The notes below the pieces were generated by a model. The model worked only from the letters and a program-made list of their open reading frames with translations. It had not been told where the DNA came from and did no database searches. Position numbers and translations under genes: made by a program. From Bacteroidaceae bacterium (GTDB lineage Bacteria > Bacteroidota > Bacteroidia > Bacteroidales > Bacteroidaceae), in assembly GCA_017559845.1 (NCBI GenBank), contig JAFYQQ010000017.1, positions 20,224-84,223 of the forward strand: a DNA stretch of 64,000 bases, given 5' to 3'. Of the stretch, positions 57,732-64,000 are shown one piece after another. Position 1 is the first letter of the stretch. Each line of letters begins with the position of its first letter.

Positions 57732-59822
57732 ATGAAGAAGATTATTTTTGTATTGCTTTATTGCCTATGCGTTGTCTGCAATAGTAACGCACAAAAAATA
57801 CCATCAATAGACAGAAGTCGGTTTGAAGTTTCCACAAAAAACATTTCATTTTCCGGTGATGGCGGTTCAAAAACAATTACCGTGAAAGCAGATCAGCCAT
57901 GGTCGGTTAAAGAATACCCAGCCTCATGGGCAAGCCTTACCAGATACAAAGAGAGGATTGAAGTAAAAGTAAACGGTAACAATTTTAATGAAAGCCGTAA
58001 TACTTCTTTCTCAATCACTTCTTCAGGAAAGACTATTACCATAGGTATCAAACAAGATGAAATGCCTATATTGGAAATCAATCCAAATAATGCTAATTTT
58101 ACCGCAACCGGTGGAACTCAAATATTTACTATAAAGTCCAATATTTCTTGGGAAATAGGAGAAAACACCAACTCTTGGATACACTTAGCAAAAAGTGGGA
58201 ATACACTTACTCTTAAAGCTGACTTAAATCCTCAATCAATAAATAGAGAAGGCGAATTTACTATATTGTCGAGAGATAAAAGCATTAGAATTTATGTTAT
58301 GCAATCTGGAATCTCTCCAAACTTTGATATATCCTCTACCTCTGCAAATTTTACGGCAAGTGGGGGAAGTAAAACGTTTACTGTAACTGCAACTGCGCCT
58401 TGGAACATTGAAACCGGGACAACAACATGGGGACATTTGACAATAAACGGAAATGAGCTAACACTAAAAGTTGATGCAAACAACCAAACATCTAATAGAG
58501 ATGATTATTTTACAATAAAATCTGGGGCTAAAAGCATAAGGGTTAATATAACCCAATTAGGCCTTACACCAAAATTTGGAATATCCTCTACGTCTGCTAA
58601 TTTTACGGCAGCTGGTGGTTCGCAAACATTTACTATTAATTCAAATTCATCATGGAGTATTGAAACACAACCAAAATCATGGGGACATTTGACCAAGAAT
58701 GGAAAAACGCTAACACTTAATGTAGACAGAAACAACCAGACTTCAAGCAGAGATGATTATTTCACCATTAGGTCAGGCAGCAAAAGGATTAGAGTTGATA
58801 TAACCCAGGCTGGTGCTTCGCCAAAATTTGACATATCCACTACATCGGCATATTTTGATGAAAATGGTGGAATAAAGAAGTTCACCATATCATCTAATCA
58901 AACATGGCACATAGATGTCAATACTACATCTTGGGGACGTTTATACAAAGATGGCAACACCCTCACTCTTAAGGTTGAAAAAAACACACAAACAGAATCC
59001 CGAAGAAATTTCTTCGTCATAAAATCAGAAGACAAGAAAATCCGGGTAGACATAACGCAGGCTGCGGGTTCTCCGTATTTACTTGTAAATGGGAGGGCGT
59101 CGGATACAGATGTAAACCTGAAACAATACGGAGGAACAGAAACAATATCCGTGAACACCAATGTTGAAAACTATGAAATTCTCAACAAACCGTCTTGGTG
59201 CTATATCACAGAAAAAACTCCTTCTGGTTTTGTATTGGGCTACATTAAAAACTCCAGCAGTTACCCAAGAAGCGGCAGTATGAGAGTTATTGCTGATGGC
59301 AAAATAGTGCAAGTTAATCTCAACCAAGAACCCAATTACCGTAAAATGCTCAGAAGGAGAAATGGCGGTTGGTTGAATATGGCCATTGGTTTCGAAGCAG
59401 GATACGGTAGCGCTTGGTATGCTAATAGCATTGTTGGATTAAGGTTGGGTAATTATAAGGATGTGCTTCAATTTGAAATGGGTATAACACCTGGTATTGC
59501 CGGTATTAACTATGGAGATGAATATGAAGATGACTATGCGTTCCATTTGCCAGTGTACAGTTCTTTGAAATTATCTACTAAAAGAGGAAAGTTTTACTTA
59601 AAACTTGGTGGTACATATAATGTCATCTATGACAAATATTACGAAGGCAAGTATTCATTGCGTGCAGGTTTTGGTTCGGCATGGAAACATTTTGAGTGGG
59701 ACTGGGCATCGTTTCAATTGAATGCGCCTACAGATTACTGGTATGGTTCCAAGTTTTCCGACATATTAAACGAGCCAGACATGATGTTCGGCATGAGAAT
59801 GGCATGGTATATTACACGGTAA
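57732..59822 (+). CDS. secreted protein with six BACON-like repeats and a C-terminal beta-barrel-like domain, cassette gene 6
   Basis: ATG 57732 preferred over GTG 57729. Signal peptide ...CNSNAQK. Six repeats of about 80-84 aa with the pattern F(T/S)AxGGxxTFT(V/I)xSNxxWxI...WGHLT.NG.TLTL.VD.N....R.DYFTI.SG.K.IRV.ITQ. The last 155 aa or so are rich in alternating aromatic/Gly residues (GFEAGYGSAWYANS...MRMAWYITR). Confidence 0.7.
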   Translation: MKKIIFVLLYCLCVVCNSNAQKIPSIDRSRFEVSTKNISFSGDGGSKTITVKADQPWSVKEYPASWASLTRYKERIEVKVNGNNFNESRNTSFSITSSGKTITIGIKQDEMPILEINPNNANFTATGGTQIFTIKSNISWEIGENTNSWIHLAKSGNTLTLKADLNPQSINREGEFTILSRDKSIRIYVMQSGISPNFDISSTSANFTASGGSKTFTVTATAPWNIETGTTTWGHLTINGNELTLKVDANNQTSNRDDYFTIKSGAKSIRVNITQLGLTPKFGISSTSANFTAAGGSQTFTINSNSSWSIETQPKSWGHLTKNGKTLTLNVDRNNQTSSRDDYFTIRSGSKRIRVDITQAGASPKFDISTTSAYFDENGGIKKFTISSNQTWHIDVNTTSWGRLYKDGNTLTLKVEKNTQTESRRNFFVIKSEDKKIRVDITQAAGSPYLLVNGRASDTDVNLKQYGGTETISVNTNVENYEILNKPSWCYITEKTPSGFVLGYIKNSSSYPRSGSMRVIADGKIVQVNLNQEPNYRKMLRRRNGGWLNMAIGFEAGYGSAWYANSIVGLRLGNYKDVLQFEMGITPGIAGINYGDEYEDDYAFHLPVYSSLKLSTKRGKFYLKLGGTYNVIYDKYYEGKYSLRAGFGSAWKHFEWDWASFQLNAPTDYWYGSKFSDILNEPDMMFGMRMAWYITR

Positions 59823-59854
59823 TTGACAGATGGAACAATCCAAACTTTTAGATT

Positions 59855-61318
59855 ATGATGATAAAAGTGCGAAGAATATTACTATTAGGCAGCATAGCCG
59901 CAATGATGGCTTGCACGCCAACAAAGCAATCCACTATAGATGAGGCTTTACAAACAAAGGTGGATTCTGTCTTACAAAACAAGATGGGCGAAATCAATGC
60001 CGTTTCCGGGCAAGTTATTGTAATGGAAGTGCAGACAGGTGAGATTAAGGCTATGGTGGGTGATGGCATTAGCCAGGAATCCGGGCTAACCCGTACTGCA
60101 TCTTTATTGGCAGCTTTAGAAACAGGCAGAGTGAAATTGTCTGATACGGTGGATGTTGGTGAGGGCGTTTACATGGTTCATGGCAAACCTTTATCTGACC
60201 ACAATTGGCGCATGGGCGGATTTGGCAAGATAACCACTTTGGAAGGTTTGATGCTTAATTCTTACATTGCACTCTACAAGAACATTGAAAGAGCATTTGA
60301 AGAAGAGAACACCTACTTTGGTATGCTTAACAAAATGTGTTACGGTCAACCAGAAAGCATTGAAAGGCTGGACAGTTTGAAAGCGTCTTACTTTGAAACT
60401 CCTGAGGACAGTAGTGCATTAGCATGGTCTTGCATTGGACATAATCAGCGTATTGCACCGATTCAAATGCTCACTTTCTATAATGCCATTGCCAATGGCG
60501 GCAAGATGGTGAAGCCCATGCTTTACAAAGGTGAAACGGAGGTTATCAATCCGCAAATAGCAAGTAAAGCCAACATTGACAGCCTACAAATGGCACTGGT
60601 TCATGTGGTAACGGAAGGTCTGGGCAAACCTGCACAATCCGAGAAAGTACAAGTTGCAGGATTTGGCGGCGGTTTTCCTATCTCTACAAAGGAAGACAAT
60701 TCAGAGGGCAGGATTAACACTGTATTTTCTGTGGGTTTTTGTGGTTACTTCCCAGCAGAAAACCCGAAGTTCTCTATTATTGTGAGCATGAATAAAAAGG
60801 GATATCCCGCAAATAGCTATTTAATGGCTGGCAGTGTTTTTAAGGAGATTGTGGATTATATGGTTGATTCGGGAGATACTACTGAAACAAATGATACAAC
60901 ATCATTAACAGATAGTCTTCCTAAAAAATCTTTGAATGACATTCGATTTGCTGGATGGACAGAGAAAGATTGGTTGGACAATGAATATATTAAGACACTA
61001 AGAAATCATATTGATGCTTGTCTTCAAGGCAAGATATCGGATTCGCAGTTTGAGAAATATAAGGATGAATTATCGGGAAAATTTATGATTGGTAGTATAG
61101 AACCTTATATTATGGGTGGAGTATTCATACAATTTTGTTTTATTGATAGACCCAATAAAATATTCTCAACTTGGGTGTATAGCAAAGTTGACGAGGAAAC
61201 AGAAACCGTCTACGATTATGAATGTAATGGACTTGAAATGGAAGAATATGAATCGGATTTGACCAAAGAAGAAATGATAAGAATCTCAGAAGAGCATCCT
61301 GAACAGAAACTTTGGTAA
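59855..61318 (+). CDS. PBP transpeptidase-like lipoprotein lacking all three catalytic motifs, with extra C-terminal domain, cassette gene 7
   Basis: Lipobox IAAMMACTP. PBP-like GQVIVMEVQTGEIKAMVG and IAPIQMLTFYNAIANGG. The expected SxxK position reads SGLTRTASLLAALE, SxN reads MLNSY, and KTG reads VAGFGGG. The C-terminal 130 aa or so are unrelated to PBPs. Confidence 0.65.
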   Translation: MMIKVRRILLLGSIAAMMACTPTKQSTIDEALQTKVDSVLQNKMGEINAVSGQVIVMEVQTGEIKAMVGDGISQESGLTRTASLLAALETGRVKLSDTVDVGEGVYMVHGKPLSDHNWRMGGFGKITTLEGLMLNSYIALYKNIERAFEEENTYFGMLNKMCYGQPESIERLDSLKASYFETPEDSSALAWSCIGHNQRIAPIQMLTFYNAIANGGKMVKPMLYKGETEVINPQIASKANIDSLQMALVHVVTEGLGKPAQSEKVQVAGFGGGFPISTKEDNSEGRINTVFSVGFCGYFPAENPKFSIIVSMNKKGYPANSYLMAGSVFKEIVDYMVDSGDTTETNDTTSLTDSLPKKSLNDIRFAGWTEKDWLDNEYIKTLRNHIDACLQGKISDSQFEKYKDELSGKFMIGSIEPYIMGGVFIQFCFIDRPNKIFSTWVYSKVDEETETVYDYECNGLEMEEYESDLTKEEMIRISEEHPEQKLW

Positions 61319-61483
61319 TGGCAATAAGGGGAATTATACTTATAAAAATACGTCACCCTCAAAAAAACATCACATCATCATACTTCACATCTGAAAATAT
61401 ATCGCTATATTTGCAGGTGGAAGTCTGTTGGCAACGGCCAATACCTGATTTTCTTGTACGATTTCATAGCCAATAATGCAAAG

Positions 61484-61723
61484 ATGGAAGAACGAAGAAG
61501 CATATCGAAAGAACAAATAATAATGGCTTACGTGGCAACATGTATTGAGACAACAGCCAGATACTTGAAAACCGATTACAAGAATGTTTTCGAAAGGATG
61601 GAGCGTGTTGGCATGATTGACAAATACATTTTGCCCAATTACGAACCATTGCATAGCGAAAGCCGGGATGTGCTTGCCGAACGATTGGTTGAATGTTTAA
61701 CAAACTGGGAGGAGCAGGTATGA
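61484..61723 (+). CDS. DUF3791-like small protein
   Basis: ATG 61484 preferred over TTG 61454. Pattern MAYVATCIETTARYL...VFERMERVGMIDKYILPNYEPLHSES matches my recollection of DUF3791. Confidence 0.55.
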   Translation: MEERRSISKEQIIMAYVATCIETTARYLKTDYKNVFERMERVGMIDKYILPNYEPLHSESRDVLAERLVECLTNWEEQV

Positions 61724-61859
61724 ATAAAAAATGATACCATCCATCTTTATATTGCAGGACTGATGGATTTGAAATCTACACTAAAAGAACTTTCCAAGCA
61801 TCAACCCAATAACCAAATGTGCTTACTCAATCAAAGTATTACAGACAAATATCTAGTAT

Positions 61860-62111
61860 ATGACGGAACAGAAGAATTATGATAATCCGACAAGATCTCC
61901 TGTGATTCAAGAAATCATTATGAGTAACCGCATTGGAGCGATAGCTGTATCACTGGCAGAACGACTCTCAATAAATACGGTCACTGCCCTAAAAATGTTT
62001 TATCGCAGCGACACTTGCGCCCGTCTACACGACAAATCCACCGGTCTGTATCTGTACGGAGATTTGTATGTCTCGGACGAATTCATACTTGAAATGCAAA
62101 ATAGGCAGTGA
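61860..62111 (+). CDS. DUF3791-like small protein (second copy; alternative start 61920)
   Basis: IGAIAVSLAERLSINTVTALKMFYRSDTCARLHDKSTGLYLYGDLYVSDEFILE. Confidence 0.5.
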   Translation: MTEQKNYDNPTRSPVIQEIIMSNRIGAIAVSLAERLSINTVTALKMFYRSDTCARLHDKSTGLYLYGDLYVSDEFILEMQNRQ

Positions 62112-62167
62112 TGATGCAAGAAAAATAAATTTATTCACCCTTCCTTTTACGACAACCAAATGGAAAG

Positions 62168-62794
62168 ATGAAATGGCTAAATGATTTCTTCAAGAAAAAG
62201 GCTGACCCAAAAGCGGAACCCAGGGAACGGAAAGGCCATTCTTTGGAAAGATTTGTCAATATACAGGAACGTGTGTACGGAAGGGCTTTGGCTGAGGTGG
62301 CGTTTTCTGAACAACAAATTCCAAGATTGCCGGAATCGGACATTCTGGAAGTGAGGGACTTTGCCTTGAACGGCTGGACACTTGGCGAGACACATGGTTT
62401 GCCGCATTGGCAAAGGGTGGAGCGGAACGGCATCCTATTAAGTTCTGTAGATGGACGGATACGAGAAGAAATCAACATCAAGGTGGTGCGTTTCTTTGCC
62501 TATCTGCATGACAAATGCCGCATTGACAACTGGAAGGACATTGAGCATGGTGTAAGGGCTGCCGAGATGTTGCCCTCCATTAAGGACACGATACTGAAGG
62601 ACTTTACCGATGAGGAGTTTTCACTGCTTGAAAGAGCCTGCCGGTTCCATACGACAGAACGTCGTACCGGCAATCCAACCATTGACGTTTGCTTTGATGC
62701 CGACAGATTGGACCTGGGCAGGGTCGGGATTGTCCCCAACCCCAAACTGATGGCCACTGAACAGGGTGCTTATTTTGCCGCCAAGATTCATTAG
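62168..62794 (+). CDS. HD-domain metal-dependent phosphohydrolase-like protein
   Basis: 208 aa. H...HD...D pattern (THGLPHWQRV, FFAYLHDKCRI, EHGVRAAEM, CFDADRLDLGRVG). Confidence 0.6.
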   Translation: MKWLNDFFKKKADPKAEPRERKGHSLERFVNIQERVYGRALAEVAFSEQQIPRLPESDILEVRDFALNGWTLGETHGLPHWQRVERNGILLSSVDGRIREEINIKVVRFFAYLHDKCRIDNWKDIEHGVRAAEMLPSIKDTILKDFTDEEFSLLERACRFHTTERRTGNPTIDVCFDADRLDLGRVGIVPNPKLMATEQGAYFAAKIH

Positions 62795-63011
62795 GGCGGT
62801 TCTACAAGAACATGGACATAAAGACAGGAACCATTAAAAGGTCGCCCTTTCGTTTAAGGTCTTTGGTATACACCAAGTAACGATGCAAGATTCTGTTGGA
62901 AAACTTCTTTTGGAAAGCGTCAATTGAAGCATTTTATTATACAGTTTACGTTTGAATATTTTCTTTTCCATCACTGATAATGTCTGTTTCAATTGCAAAG
63001 CTACACATCTT

Positions 63012-63062
63012 TGCCGAAAATCTCACAATTTATTTCCTGGAAAATGCCGAAAATCTCACAAT
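63012..63062. repeat. two perfect 18-nt direct repeats TGCCGAAAATCTCACAAT, 33 nt apart
   Basis: Copies at 63012-63029 and 63045-63062, about 170-220 nt upstream of the next gene. Confidence 0.85.
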
Positions 63063-63197
63063 CTTGTCCATTTTAAGTAAAAAAGCCGAAGCACTAACTT
63101 TATCAAGACCGCGACTATACTTTGTCTGAGGGTTGACAATACTTTGCCGGCAATGCAACAATACACGAAAATATTTGTCGGATTCGGAAATCATGAC

Positions 63198-63205
63198 TAC
63201 CTTTG
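63198..63205 (+). promoter_or_regulatory. candidate -7 element TACCTTTG
   Basis: TAnnTTTG match 30 nt upstream of ATG 63235. Confidence 0.45.
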
Positions 63206-63234
63206 TGGGTGTAATCATTGTATAGACCCGTATC

Positions 63235-64000
63235 ATGAACTGCAAAACATTATCCCTTATCCTGCTGATGGCAGGCATGGCCGTTGCGAATCCCGCCAAC
63301 GCCAAGAAAGACGAAGTGCAACAATCCCGCAACTATATAGCCAACCGGCATCCGCTGGCGGCCAAAACCTATATGGCTCTGCCCTTGGGCCACATTGAGG
63401 CCAACGGATGGATGGAGGAACAACTCAAACGGATGAGAAGCGGCCTGACCGGACATCTGGACAAGATATACGAACCGGTGTGCGGCCCAAGGAACTGCTG
63501 GCTGGGCGGAGACGGCGATGCGTGGGAACGCGGCCCTTATTGGATTGACGGTCTGTTGCCCCTGGCATATATTCTGGACGATGAGGCTCTGAAGCAGAAG
63601 GTGCAGCCGTGGATTGAATGGACTTTGCAGTCGCAGCAAGAGAGCGGTCAGTTCGGTCCTACAACGGACAGGGATTATGAGCCTGGCCTGCAACGCAACA
63701 ATGCGCAGGACTGGTGGCCAAGAATGGTGATGCTGAAAATCATGCAGCAGTATTATCAGGCCACTGGCGATGAAAGAGTGATTAGGTTCATGAGCAAGTA
63801 TTTCCGATACCAGTTGAACGAACTGCCCAGCAAGCCACTTGGCAACTGGACATTCTGGGGACAGCAGCGCGGAGGCGACAACCTGCAGGTGGTGTACTGG
63901 CTATACAACATCACCGGCGAACGTTCCCTGCTGGACCTGGGCGAACTGATCCACAGACAAACCATCGACTGGACAAACTATTTCAACGAGGGAGAGATTC
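63235..64000 (+). CDS. secreted glycoside hydrolase, beta-L-arabinofuranosidase-domain (GH127/DUF1680-like) protein; 3' end outside window
   Basis: Not in the supplied ORF track because it has no stop in the window. I translated 255 codons from ATG 63235 with no stop: MNCKTLSLILLMAGMAVANPANA (signal)...LPLGHIEANGWMEEQLKRMRSGLTGHLDKIYEP...WLGGDGDAWERGPYWIDGLLPLAYILDDEAL... The family call is from memory. Confidence 0.6.
   Translation, partial: MNCKTLSLILLMAGMAVANPANAKKDEVQQSRNYIANRHPLAAKTYMALPLGHIEANGWMEEQLKRMRSGLTGHLDKIYEPVCGPRNCWLGGDGDAWERGPYWIDGLLPLAYILDDEALKQKVQPWIEWTLQSQQESGQFGPTTDRDYEPGLQRNNAQDWWPRMVMLKIMQQYYQATGDERVIRFMSKYFRYQLNELPSKPLGNWTFWGQQRGGDNLQVVYWLYNITGERSLLDLGELIHRQTIDWTNYFNEGEI

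Overview
This looks like a Bacteroidota (Bacteroidales, Prevotella-like) chromosomal segment. Supporting signs are the lpxC/fabZ fusion, SusC/SusD pairs, BACON repeats and TAnnTTTG promoter motifs. The core is about half G+C and there is one AT-rich island. Core content, left to right:
- lipid A genes lpxD (partial), lpxC/fabZ and lpxA, plus a translationally coupled small acidic ORF
- miaA
- a PIF1/RecD-type helicase with C-terminal TPRs
- an 18-kb PUL-like locus with two SusC/SusD pairs and three fasciclin (FAS1) lipoproteins. It has no CAZyme or regulator, and the second SusD is split by one in-frame TAG.
- a convergent GH2 beta-galactosidase
- a comF-like gene and gdhA
- a 1003-aa receiver + PPDK_N-type protein
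- a GH16 glucanase whose 3' end is duplicated around a 1.6-kb insertion carrying an AAA/DUF4143 ATPase
- a cobalamin-riboswitch-controlled B12 uptake operon: three lipoproteins, a BtuB-like receptor and a BtuFCD-like ABC transporter
- a TIGR01212 radical SAM gene, DPP-IV and tRNA-Arg(CCG)

Directly after the tRNA lies a roughly 13-kb AT-rich island. It holds two type II toxin-antitoxin modules, a 4 x 21-bp iteron-like array and an ORF-less segment that ends in a terminator. It also holds a tight seven-gene cassette:
- a polytopic membrane protein
- a Ras-like P-loop GTPase candidate
- two similar-looking bitopic coiled-coil proteins, one with MORN repeats
- a retropepsin-like lipoprotein
- a 6 x BACON protein with a C-terminal beta-barrel-like tail
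- a PBP-like lipoprotein that has lost all catalytic motifs

I cannot assign this cassette to any described system, so it is my top novelty candidate.

Intergenic DNA carries at least five dispersed repeat families: GTAGGGACGCAGC hairpins, 9-bp phased CTAGA arrays, modular GAATAGCC hairpins, a C-rich hairpin, and GTCATCCTGAA hairpin-ended elements.

All product calls come from motifs read by eye. No database search or folding program was run.
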